Positions 10,513 to 20,900 of a stretch of DNA of 64,000 bases are shown here, piece by piece. The stretch comes from Prochloron sp. SulCav_FS08_3_32_3330 (GTDB lineage: Bacteria > Cyanobacteriota > Cyanobacteriia > Cyanobacteriales > DYNF01): contig DYNF01000001.1 in assembly GCA_020721205.1 (NCBI GenBank), forward strand, positions 4,419-68,418. Direction: 5' to 3'. The stretch's first letter is position 1, and every line of letters begins with the position of its first letter. The notes under the pieces are model-generated. The model saw only the letters and a list, made by a program, of their open reading frames with translations, had not been told where the DNA came from and made no database searches. The position numbers were made by a program, and so were the translations under genes.

Positions 10513-10751
10513 CGCTATGAAATTTATTTCATAGCTAATAGCTAAAATCTGCTAAAGCGATTATTTTTCTTAATTTGATAATATAAAATATAAGATTAAT
10601 TTTAATAAGTCTAGTCGCTTTAGCTGACTTCTGCTATTAGCTTTGAAATTTATTTCAAAGCGGGTATAATACTTTAAGAATTAACTTTTAATAATTGACT
10701 CGCAATGAAATAAATTTCATTGCTAACAGCAAAAGTCGGCTAAAGCGACTA
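10513..10751. repeat. Three alternately oriented ~50-bp two-hairpin REP-like elements (family B, BIME-like)
   Basis: Copies at ~10513-10562 (+), ~10612-10662 (-), ~10701-10751 (+); core hairpin GCWWTGAAAT-NN-ATTTCAWWGC. Confidence 0.75.
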
Positions 10752-10789
10752 AACAAATGTAATTTTATACCAGACTTTGAACATTAGGG

Positions 10790-13700
10790 CTAAAGCCCAA
10801 CTACAAACAAGTCCTCCATTTCTTTAATAATTTTCATCGTTTCTATACTCACAGTCGTAACTCTTTTTAATAAATCAATTACGGTTTCTTTATAATCAGC
10901 AAAACAATAATTATTGAATTTTTCGGCAATAGTTGGATCCTTTGGTTTTTTCTCTTTATATTGATCTAATATCCATTCTAATGCTGATCTATTTCCTAAT
11001 TTATATTCCCATACTTCGGGAGGAATTTCTGTTAATGTTGTTACATCATCTAAGATTATTTCATTTTTGATTTTATCGGCTTTTAATTTAGGTTTAAGTT
11101 GCTGATTACTTTTGAATTTTGAATTTTGAATTTTGAATTTATATGGTTTAATTGTTTCATAATTTAAGTGTAAATCCATTAATTTTTTACCCCAATTTAC
11201 CCACATATAAAAATCATCATAAAAGGGGATTCTCGGAAATTCTCTCTTTAAATTTAATTCATATTTCTTTCTATATTCAGGATTATGTAACACAGCATAA
11301 ACATAATAAAATATATTTTCTTTGGTAATTTCATTTTGAATTTTATAATATTCCCTAAACTTTTCTAATCCCCAATCTGTTATATTTTCTTGTCTTTTCC
11401 CTTCTTTATCATAAGTATATAAAGGTAAGCATTGAGTTTTTTCTAAAATATCTAAACAAAATATTTGATTAGTTGCTAATACTGAAAATGATTTAGATGA
11501 ACTTGTCCCTGAAAACATTATTAGCAGATTATTCTTAGTTAAACTTGAGGAAAAGATTTCATAATGATTAGAAGTTAGTCGATCTGATAATATTTTTTCA
11601 GAGTAATATAATTTACTAATAAAAGGACGATAATAAAATTTAACAATTAAATCTTGATCAAAATTTAATTTACTATAATTTGATAAATTAGTTTTTAAAG
11701 TAGCACTCCATTTAATCCGATAATCTAAATTATCATTTTTTTGATTTTGTTCTTTCTGATCATTATAAATTTTGAGAAAATATAATATTTTTTCAATTAA
11801 CTTTTCAGAATTTTCATCTGTTACCCATTCATCTCTTGCTGTTACAACACCATTAGAATATAACTTAAAAATAGCTTTTTCTTCAGCTTTATTTTTAGAT
11901 AATTTTGTTTCTTTATTCGCTACAGAAATTAAACTATCAAAATCATTTTCATCTGCTAAATTAATCCAATTATTATTTTGATCGGGAATAATATGATCAA
12001 AATCAATCTGATCTAATTTATAAGATGATAAAAATTGAAGTTTATCAATAGCTAACTCCTCATCAGGGCGAGAAGTATAATATATTTTACAAGGTGTCTT
12101 ATTTTGGTTATTTTTCTTAATTAAAAAACTAATAGCTACCCCTGTTTGAATACCAAAAACATTATGAGTAGTACCTGCAATTTTCGGATTTTTTCTCACA
12201 TCTCCATCTAAATCAATAATATAAATTTCACTAAATTCTTGACTAACTAATTTTCTAAAACCATCAAAAGTTCTCGCATTAATAAAAGAAGAATTAGTAA
12301 TAAAAGCAATAATTCCATTTTCATTTAATCTATCTGTTGCCCATCGAAAAAAGCGAGAATACATATCATAAACTTTAGTTTTTTGTGCCGTACTTTCCTT
12401 AACATAAGTAGCTTTAATTCTTTTATCTATAGCCGGATAATCACGATTTTTATTATTATCATTTTCATTTTGTTGATTAGCATTATAGGGAGGATTACCA
12501 ATAATTACGGAGATTTTCTTCTCATTTTGTCGTTTAATTCTTGCCGTATTTTCCAAAGACATCGCAAACATATCCATCTGTTTCCCCTCAAAAGAAGTAT
12601 GATCCAAAGTATCAACAAAACAGATATTATTAAACTCTAAATATTCCCCCATTTTTTGCTGATAAGAATACTCAATATTAAGATTAGCAATATAATAAGG
12701 TAAAATCGAAACTTCATTACAATGAATTTCATTTTGATACTTATATTTTAAATCTTTAGTTAATAAAAATTCTAAAATTTCCGTAATAAAAGTACCCGTG
12801 CCAGTGGCTGGATCTAATATTTCTACTCCTTGATCACCTAAACTTTTTTGAAAATGTTTATGTAATAAATAATCCGTACTTTCTACCATAAACTTTACAA
12901 TTTCATTAGGCGTATAAACGATACCCAATCTATCAGCCGCCAAAGGATTATAAGCCTTATAAAAATTCTCATAAACCACCTTTAAAAACTTCTGTTTTTC
13001 GTGGTGATTAACAATATTACTAGCAGTGCGAATAATCACACTATAATAACTTTCAATCGTCTTTAAAGTATTGCGTTTAAGATTACCAGTAAAGAAAGTT
13101 TTGATCACATTTTGTAACTGTAAAGCGATATTATTTTCCTGATGAAATTGACTTTCATTAAAAATATTATTAAAAATATCTTCCGTTAAAATATGTTGAA
13201 TAATCATCTCTCGAATATCATCCACATTAATATTAGAATTAATGGAATCTTGACAAACTTTTAAAAATTCCAGAAATTTTTGTTTAAATTCTGTATTATT
13301 GCCCTCACCCCCAGCCCCTCTCCCACTGGAGAGGGGAGTTTTTTCGTTAATTGATCCAGATCCCCCCCCTCGCCCTTGGGAGAGGGGGGCAGGGGGGGTG
13401 AGGGCTAATTCTTGATTAATTAAATTTCTTAAAGTATTAATAATTGTGGGTAAATCTTCCTTAAAAGAATTAATTGCTTGACGAAAATCCTTAACTTCTG
13501 CCCTTTCAAAATCTAAAAATTGATTAATAATTTTATCTAAATCTTCAGGATTTTTCATATCAATCCTTAAAGATTCTATGCCATTTTGAATTAAAATAGC
13601 GGTATTAGTATCCTCAAAAATAATATTATCCGTAGGATATCCTTTAGCAATTTTCGCCTCAATTTCTGCCTCTAAACTATCTTTTTCATCCTTCGCTTCC

Positions 13701-13933
13701 CAATAACCCCAATCAAGCCTTAAAGCATCTTTAATAATACCATCAATGCGAACTTTTGTACCTAACTTAGTCGCAAAATGTAACTCATCAACTAAAATAA
13801 AATCTCGACTTTTGCAATAATTATTAAGTAAATTACCAAAAGCAAAACGAATAGATTGCTCATTGCGACTACCGCCAAAACGGATCCGATCTTCTAAATC
13901 TTTATAATATTGATTAATGAGAATACGAGACAT
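10790..13933 (-). CDS. Single-chain restriction-modification enzyme: nuclease-like N-terminus, N6-adenine MTase, Type ISP-like specificity domain; no helicase
   Basis: RIDG...YWEAK; GIVYTPNEIV; ILDPATGTGTF; GNPPY; C-terminal YVYAVLH...FPRIP...YKLGNRSALEWILDQY; start taken at MSRILI. Confidence 0.85.
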   Translation of the reverse strand: MSRILINQYYKDLEDRIRFGGSRNEQSIRFAFGNLLNNYCKSRDFILVDELHFATKLGTKVRIDGIIKDALRLDWGYWEAKDEKDSLEAEIEAKIAKGYPTDNIIFEDTNTAILIQNGIESLRIDMKNPEDLDKIINQFLDFERAEVKDFRQAINSFKEDLPTIINTLRNLINQELALTPPAPLSQGRGGGSGSINEKTPLSSGRGAGGEGNNTEFKQKFLEFLKVCQDSINSNINVDDIREMIIQHILTEDIFNNIFNESQFHQENNIALQLQNVIKTFFTGNLKRNTLKTIESYYSVIIRTASNIVNHHEKQKFLKVVYENFYKAYNPLAADRLGIVYTPNEIVKFMVESTDYLLHKHFQKSLGDQGVEILDPATGTGTFITEILEFLLTKDLKYKYQNEIHCNEVSILPYYIANLNIEYSYQQKMGEYLEFNNICFVDTLDHTSFEGKQMDMFAMSLENTARIKRQNEKKISVIIGNPPYNANQQNENDNNKNRDYPAIDKRIKATYVKESTAQKTKVYDMYSRFFRWATDRLNENGIIAFITNSSFINARTFDGFRKLVSQEFSEIYIIDLDGDVRKNPKIAGTTHNVFGIQTGVAISFLIKKNNQNKTPCKIYYTSRPDEELAIDKLQFLSSYKLDQIDFDHIIPDQNNNWINLADENDFDSLISVANKETKLSKNKAEEKAIFKLYSNGVVTARDEWVTDENSEKLIEKILYFLKIYNDQKEQNQKNDNLDYRIKWSATLKTNLSNYSKLNFDQDLIVKFYYRPFISKLYYSEKILSDRLTSNHYEIFSSSLTKNNLLIMFSGTSSSKSFSVLATNQIFCLDILEKTQCLPLYTYDKEGKRQENITDWGLEKFREYYKIQNEITKENIFYYVYAVLHNPEYRKKYELNLKREFPRIPFYDDFYMWVNWGKKLMDLHLNYETIKPYKFKIQNSKFKSNQQLKPKLKADKIKNEIILDDVTTLTEIPPEVWEYKLGNRSALEWILDQYKEKKPKDPTIAEKFNNYCFADYKETVIDLLKRVTTVSIETMKIIKEMEDLFVVGL
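13301..13405. repeat. GC-rich palindromic repeat inserted in frame in the R-M gene
   Basis: 105 bp (35 codons) with inverted ends GCCCTCACCCCCAGCCCCTCTCCC...GGGAGAGGGGGGCAGGGGGGGTGAGGGC inside an AT-rich gene. Confidence 0.85.
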
Positions 13934-14067
13934 AATATTATTACCTAAAAATTTTATTTTAATGTTAGCATAATTAGACACAAAAATAATATTCCTTATT
14001 TTGTATCAAACGTAAAATTTTACCTCTCTACTGCCTTACCTTAGTCGGGCTAAAGCCCTACAGGGAG

Positions 14068-14421
14068 AGGGCGTTTTTATTCTTTTTTTTGCAACAGATT
14101 AAAATCTGTTGCTACCCAAACGAAACCCGTCTTTACGGGTTTTCTGATTAAATATTAACTAATATTAAAAAAATTCAACCTGCGTAGGCAGGTTTTGCTT
14201 ATGTAGCAACGGGTTTCAACCCGTTGCTTTTTGGAAAATGAAAACGCCCTGCTACAGGGAGCAGGGCGTTTTCATTCTTTTTTTTGCAACAGATTAAAAT
14301 CTGTTGCTACCCAAACGAAACCCGTCTTTACGGGTTTTCTGATTAAATATTAACTAATATTAAAAAAATTCAACCTGCGAAGGCAGGTTTTGCTTATGTA
14401 GCAACGGGTTTCAACCCGTTG
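14068..14421 (+). mobile_element. Two tandem copies of MITE-1 (TIR CAGGGCGTTTTCATTC) inside a family A REP
   Basis: Copies 14068-14251 and 14262-14421 (second lacks right TIR); 10-bp direct repeat CTACAGGGAG at 14058, 14252, 14422. Confidence 0.85.
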
Positions 14422-14547
14422 CTACAGGGAGAGGGCTAAAGCCCTACTACAAACTTTTTTAGATAAAATAATATTTAGGAATAGCTACTTATTTGTTCAT
14501 TAACTATTAAAATAAGAACTAAATATTGATTATTAATTATTAATTAC

Positions 14548-16686
14548 ATGATGATACCACAGGAATCTTTAGAACAAGCTTTAAAACAGTTTTTTGGTTA
14601 TGATACTTTTCGCCCCGGGCAAAAAGATATTATTGAAAAAGCCCTCACGAATCAAGATTTATTAGTAATAATGCCCACCGGAGGGGGTAAATCTTTATGT
14701 TTTCAACTTCCTGCTTTACTAAAAAAAGGTCTCACGATTGTGGTTTCTCCTTTGATTGCTTTAATGCAGGATCAAGTTGATAGTTTATTGGATAATGGTA
14801 TTGGTGCAACTTTTCTCAATAGTACCTTAAATTGGGATGAATTAAAATCAAGAGAATTGGCAATTTTAAATGGTAAAATTAAGTTGTTATATGTGGCACC
14901 AGAAAGATTATTGAGTGAGAAATTTTTGTTTTTTTTAGATAGGTTAAAAAATAGTATTGGTATTTCTGGTTTTGCGATTGATGAGGCTCATTGTGTATCA
15001 GAATGGGGGCATGATTTTCGCCCTGAATATCGCAAAATGATCCTGTTACGTTACCGTTATTCAGATATTCCTATTATGGCTTTAACTGCTACTGCAACGG
15101 AGCGAGTTAAAGAGGATATTGTTAAACAATTAGGTTTACAAAATGCTGAGACTTATTTAAGTAGTTTTAATCGTCCTAATTTATATTATGAAGTTAGACC
15201 GAAAGAACGTCAAAGTTATAATGAATTATTAACTTATATTCGTACTAATAAAGGGGCAGGAATTATCTATTGTTTAAGTCGAAAAAATGTAGATGAATTA
15301 ACTTTTAGATTACAACAGGATAATATTTCAGCTTTACCTTATCATGCGGGTTTAAATGATGAAGTTAGAAGTACAAATCAAAATCGTTTTATTCGAGATG
15401 ATGTGAGAATTATTGTAGCAACAATTGCTTTTGGTATGGGGATAAATAAGCCTGATGTAAGGTTTGTGATTCATTATAATTTACCTCGAACTTTAGAAAA
15501 TTATTATCAAGAATCGGGTCGGGCTGGAAGGGATGGAGAACCTGCTAAATGTATCTTATTTTTTACTTTTAGTGATATTAAAAGAGTGGAATATTTAATT
15601 GATCAACAAAGTGATGAAACTCAACAAAAAATTTCCCGTCAACAGTTAAGAAAGATGATTGATTATTCAGAAGGGACTGAATGTAGAAGGATTATTCAAC
15701 TTAGTTATTTTGGGGAAAAATTCAAGGGAAATTGTCAAAATTGTGATAATTGTTTACAGCCAAAACCTGTAGAAGATTGGACGATAGAATCCCAAAAGTT
15801 TTTATCTTGTGTAGCAAGGACTAAGGAAAGATTTGGGATTACTCATATTATTGATGTTTTAAGGGGATCAAGTAAGAAGAAAATTATGCAATATGGACAT
15901 CATTTATTATCAACTTATGGCATCGGAAAAGATCGCACTGTAGAGGAGTGGAGAATGTTAGGAAGGTCTTTACTTCATCAAGGATTAATATCAGAAACTA
16001 CTGATGGTTATTCGGTTTTAAAATTGAATAAAAAGAGTTGGGAAATTTTAAAAAAAGAAAGAGATGTTAAAATTGCTGTTACTTTAAGTAAAAAAGATCA
16101 ATTATTAAAAGAATATAATTTAAAAAATGCGGAAGGTGAAATTTTATTTGAAAGATTAAAAGGTTTAAGAAAATATATTGCTGACTTACATTCCATTGCA
16201 CCTTATGTAATTTTTCCTGATTCAACTTTAAGATTAATGGCACAAATGAAACCTCAATCTTTAACTCAATTTGCTAATATTTCTGGTATAACTGAATATA
16301 AATTAAAGCAATATGGAGAACAATTTTTATCAGAAATTAGAAGTTTTTGTCAAGAGCAAACTTTACCGATAAAATTACCTTCTGATAGTGAAATGATAAC
16401 CTTAAGTTTACATCAACAAGGTTTAAATGTTAATAAAATTGCTGAAGTCAGAGGTTTAGCTATTAGTACAATTTATACGCATTTAAGTAATTTAATTGAG
16501 ATGAGACAACCTGTCGAAATTAGTCATTTAATTTCAGTAGAAAAACGTCAAGAAATTGTGAAAGTTATTGATGTTAAAGGAGACGTTTCTTTAACACCAA
16601 TTAAAGAGGAATTAGGGGACAATTATAATTATAATGAAATCCGTTTAGTGCGCTCATGGTGGCGTAAATCTAATCGGACTTGCTAG
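14548..16686 (+). CDS. recQ: ATP-dependent DNA helicase RecQ
   Basis: MPTGGGKS, DEAHCVSEWGHDFRP, TAT, QESGRAGRDG, Zn-binding RQC, HRDC. Confidence 0.97.
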   Translation: MMIPQESLEQALKQFFGYDTFRPGQKDIIEKALTNQDLLVIMPTGGGKSLCFQLPALLKKGLTIVVSPLIALMQDQVDSLLDNGIGATFLNSTLNWDELKSRELAILNGKIKLLYVAPERLLSEKFLFFLDRLKNSIGISGFAIDEAHCVSEWGHDFRPEYRKMILLRYRYSDIPIMALTATATERVKEDIVKQLGLQNAETYLSSFNRPNLYYEVRPKERQSYNELLTYIRTNKGAGIIYCLSRKNVDELTFRLQQDNISALPYHAGLNDEVRSTNQNRFIRDDVRIIVATIAFGMGINKPDVRFVIHYNLPRTLENYYQESGRAGRDGEPAKCILFFTFSDIKRVEYLIDQQSDETQQKISRQQLRKMIDYSEGTECRRIIQLSYFGEKFKGNCQNCDNCLQPKPVEDWTIESQKFLSCVARTKERFGITHIIDVLRGSSKKKIMQYGHHLLSTYGIGKDRTVEEWRMLGRSLLHQGLISETTDGYSVLKLNKKSWEILKKERDVKIAVTLSKKDQLLKEYNLKNAEGEILFERLKGLRKYIADLHSIAPYVIFPDSTLRLMAQMKPQSLTQFANISGITEYKLKQYGEQFLSEIRSFCQEQTLPIKLPSDSEMITLSLHQQGLNVNKIAEVRGLAISTIYTHLSNLIEMRQPVEISHLISVEKRQEIVKVIDVKGDVSLTPIKEELGDNYNYNEIRLVRSWWRKSNRTC

Positions 16687-16778
16687 TGCGATCTTATGCT
16701 AAAATTAAAATTAAATTAATTCACAAAAAAAAGGGTTAATCAAATTAACCCCAGTATCATAAAAAAATCTAAATCAAA

Positions 16779-17744
16779 ATGAGTGAAATTACCGCTAATT
16801 ACGATGAAACTTGGAAAGAAGCAATAGGAGACTATTTCGAGTCATTCCTGATATTTTTTTATCCAGAAATTCATCAACAAATAGACTGGCAAAAAACCCC
16901 AATTTCTTTAGATAAAGAACTAGAACAAATAACAGCCTCGGCGGAAACCGAAAAGCGTTATGCTGATAAATTATACAAGGTTTGGTTACTAAATGGTCAA
17001 GAAATTTGGATTTTAATTCATATTGAGATCCAAAGTCAATATGACAAAGAATTTCCCCTGCGAATGTTTATCTATAACTATCGTGCTTTTGACTTATATC
17101 ATCAACCTGTAATTAGTTTAGCTATACTAGGAGATGAAACTAAATCTTGGCGACCTAATTCTTATCAATATGGTTTAGGAAAAAGTCAATTAAAATTAGA
17201 TTTTTCCATTGTTAAACTTTTAGATTATTCTGAGGAGGAATTATTAGAAAGTAATAATATTTTTGCTATCGTAGTTATGGCACATTTAAAAACTAAAGCA
17301 ACTACGAGTAATTTAACAGCAAGAGAACAATGGAAATGGACTTTAACCCGTTTACTTTATGAAAAAGGTTATAATCGAAAACAAATTGTTGATTTATACA
17401 AAGTCATTGATTTAATGATGAGTTTATCACAAGATTTACAACTAAGTTTTGAACAAAAATTAACTAAATATCAGGAGGAAAGAAAAATGCCTTTATTAAG
17501 TAATATTGAAAGACGCGCTTGGGAAAAGGGTGAACAAAAAGGAGCTAAAGAAACTTGTCAACAAAATATTATTGATTTACTCAAAGCTCGTTTTAATACT
17601 TTACCCGAAAGCTTAATTACTACTATCAAAAATTTTGATGATTTAGCTTTTTTAAAACAGTTACATTTAACAACAATTACTGTTAATTCTCTAGCTGAAT
17701 TTGAGCAATTAATTCATCAAAATCGTACTAATAGTGGTAGTTAA
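16779..17744 (+). CDS. Rpn/YhgA-like PD-(D/E)XK family protein (cyanobacterial multicopy family)
   Basis: YDETWKEA, LDKELEQI, RYADKL, LIHIEIQSQ, RMFIYNYR. Confidence 0.8.
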   Translation: MSEITANYDETWKEAIGDYFESFLIFFYPEIHQQIDWQKTPISLDKELEQITASAETEKRYADKLYKVWLLNGQEIWILIHIEIQSQYDKEFPLRMFIYNYRAFDLYHQPVISLAILGDETKSWRPNSYQYGLGKSQLKLDFSIVKLLDYSEEELLESNNIFAIVVMAHLKTKATTSNLTAREQWKWTLTRLLYEKGYNRKQIVDLYKVIDLMMSLSQDLQLSFEQKLTKYQEERKMPLLSNIERRAWEKGEQKGAKETCQQNIIDLLKARFNTLPESLITTIKNFDDLAFLKQLHLTTITVNSLAEFEQLIHQNRTNSGS

Positions 17745-17748
17745 TATT

Positions 17749-17838
17749 AGCAGAGAGCGTTTTGATCAACTTAATTTAACGACAGATCAACAGGTATTTG
17801 TTAAGCCTAAAAATGCCGTACTTTTCTATAATATTTAA
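17749..17838 (+). pseudogene. 3' fragment resembling the C-terminus of sulfate ABC ATPase CysA
   Basis: Reads SRERFDQLNLTTDQQVFVKPKNAVLFYNI* with no start codon; similarity recognised from memory. Confidence 0.55.
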
Positions 17839-17844
17839 TTAAGA

Positions 17845-17902
17845 AAGTTTGTTGTTGGGGTTTAGATCTAGCTAGGTGGTGCTAAAGCACAACAACAAAC
17901 TT
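17845..17902. repeat. Family A REP doublet between convergent genes
   Basis: AAGTTTGTTGTTG...GTGCTAAAGCACAACAACAAACTT. Confidence 0.75.
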
Positions 17903-17904
17903 GA

Positions 17905-20900
17905 TCATGCTATTTTTTTAGGTAAATTAATAATAAATTCCGTATAATTTCCCAATTTACTATTAATATTAATTGTGCCTTGATGTTGTCCCACAATGAT
18001 ATCATTAGTTAAAGATAAACCTAATCCTGTGCCTTCTCCGGTCGGTTTTGTGGTGAAAAATGGTTCAAATATTTTCTCCATTATTTCGGGTGCAATACCC
18101 TCGCCATTATCTTTAATTTTTATTTCTATGATCTCTTGTAAATTAGCAGTTTTAATAGTTAAAATTGGGACAAAATTGGGGTTTAATTGCTGTTTTTGAT
18201 AAAGAGAATAACAAGCATTATTAATTAAATTAGTAAAACATCGGCTCATAGATTGAGGAATAACTAAACTTTTTTCCATAGATTGATCATAATTAGTTTC
18301 TATCTTAATACAAAAGTCTGACCAATTTCCTTGTAAACTTTGGATCACAAATTGTACTGATTCTGATAATAATTGATTAATATTTCTTAATTCTAATTCC
18401 CCGGATTCTTGACGAGAGTGCATTAACATTGTATTAATAATTTGATTAGCTTTATCTCCTTGTTGATTAATCGCATTAGCACATTCTTTAAGGATAGTTA
18501 AATGCTCAATTATATTATTAGAATTGAGATTTAATTCTTCTTCAATTTGATTTAATATTGATAGAGAAATATCAGAAAAATTATTAATAAAATTTAGAGG
18601 ATTTTTTAATTCATGGGAAATTCCGGCGGTTAAACTTCCTAAAGAAGCTAATTTTTCTTGGGCAATCATTTGTTTTTGTGTTATAGTTAATTTTTCTAAA
18701 GTTTGTTCAAGTATTTCGTTTTTATCTTTTAATTCTTGGGTGCGTTGAGTAACTGTTTCTTCTAAAATATTAGAGTAATTCTTTGATTTTTGATAGAGTA
18801 AAGCATTTTCTAAAGAAATAGCGGCTTGAGATGTTAAAATATTTAAAAGTTTAAGGCGATCGCTATTAAAAACTTGAGGAGTTTGATCATTTTCTAAATA
18901 AAGAATTGCAATTAATTTTTCAAAGCGAATAATGGGTAAACAAAGGATCGCTTTTGGTTGTTTTTGGATGAGATAGGGATCCCCAGCAAATAAAATTTCG
19001 TCTTCAATATTATCAATAATTAAAGCTGTTTTATGTTGAATGACATAATTAATAATTGATTGAGGAATATCCTTAAATTTCTCAATTTTAATATTAGGAA
19101 AAAGACAACATTGACTGGTGCTACATTGAATAGAAATAATAAATTTATCTTCTTCTAATCTTAATAATATACCGGAATTTGCACCCCCTGAATTTTCGAT
19201 AATTACTTTCATAAAATTAGAGAGAAAATGATTAATTTCGATAGATTCAGAAATCACTTGAGAAGCTTTAATCACTGTATTTAAGTCTAGTAAATTACCC
19301 GAAGTAGAAATACTAGAAGCTAAAGTTTCAGTGGTGTTTTCCCCTAAGGAATAATGTTGTTTTAATAAAGGTGTAATTAATTGAGGATATTTTTTTTCTA
19401 AATCATTAATTTTTGCTTTTGCCCCCCAACAGGAATAATAATAATAAGCATCACTTAAATAAATTTTGGCAATCTTTTCTTTCCCCCAACTTAAATAAAA
19501 TTTTCCTAATAATTCGTTACTTAATCCTGCTTCTTGAAGATAATTATTTTCTCTTGCTAATTTTATCGCTTTTTCATAATTTTCTATTGCCTCTAATTTT
19601 TGATCTAAAACTCGATTTTTTTCTGCTTCTACTAAATAATATTTATGGAGAAAATTCATAGGAGCATAAGTAGCCCAATGATGTATTTTTTCTTGATTTA
19701 ATGTTACTTTTTCTAAGATTTGTGCTTGTTTTTCGACAGAATTTTGATTAAAGTTTGTTAATAAAGTTAGAGATTGATAAAAGTAAAATAAAGCAAAAAC
19801 ATTATATCCAGCCACCCCATTAATATAAGCTTCTCCTTCTAAAGCAATTTCTTGGGCTTTTTCAATATTTTCAAATAAATAATAAAGAATTAATTGATTA
19901 ATATAAAATGTGCCGATCGAAAAAGTATCATTAGCTTGTTTGTGAATAGAAACCATAATTTCTTTATTATAAATGTCTCCTTTTAATTCAAAAGGTATTT
20001 CATTTTTTCCAAGTAAATTGAGGACAGATTGCCAATAAATACGATGAAAATTATAAGCTGTATCTTGTTTAAGATGACGAATAGCATCACCATAAATTTT
20101 CATTTCTTTTGCTAAATCTGATAATTCATTTCCTTGTAAATAAGAAAGGGAACAATAATTATAAATACAGTAAGCCGCAAATTCTAAATCCCCCGTTTCT
20201 AAACCACTTTGATACCCTTCTAATAAAGGTTTTAATGATTGTTGAAGCGGGTTTTTCCAAGGACGAATAAAGGGATAAACTAAGTTAAAAACTTTGGCTT
20301 TTAATTTAGTTGCATTGAATTTTTCTAATAAATATAATGCGATTTCTCCTGACTCATATCCTTGATCAATATTAGGCGTAAATGCACAAATAATTAAGCC
20401 ATAAGTAGCATAAGCATAAGCAGAATTAGGGCAATTTCCATATTTTAAAGATAAATTAATCTGTTTTAAAATAATTAAAGGATAAAGCAACGGAAAACCA
20501 ATATAAGCGGCAGAAGAAACGATGGCTAAAATAGCGATCGCCCCTATTTTATTTTCATCTTTCATGATTGGCAAATTACTTAAATCTGTTAAATTTTTTC
20601 CTTTTAAATTATTAGCAGTTTCCTTTAAAGCTAAATTAACATCATTTTGATTTATTTTTTCCAGATCAGGAAATTCGATCTCTAATTTTTTGAGAATATT
20701 AAAAGCGGTATTAACTGCTTCTAATAAATTATTTTGAGCAATCAAAGCTTGAATTTTAACTTGATAAATATTAATCGTATCTAATAAATTTTTAGCATTA
20801 TTTAACACGATTAAAATTTGATTTTCCATCGCCTCAAAATCGCCGTTTAAATAGGCAGATTCGGCTGTTTTTGTGGATAATTCTAATCTTAATTGATAAT

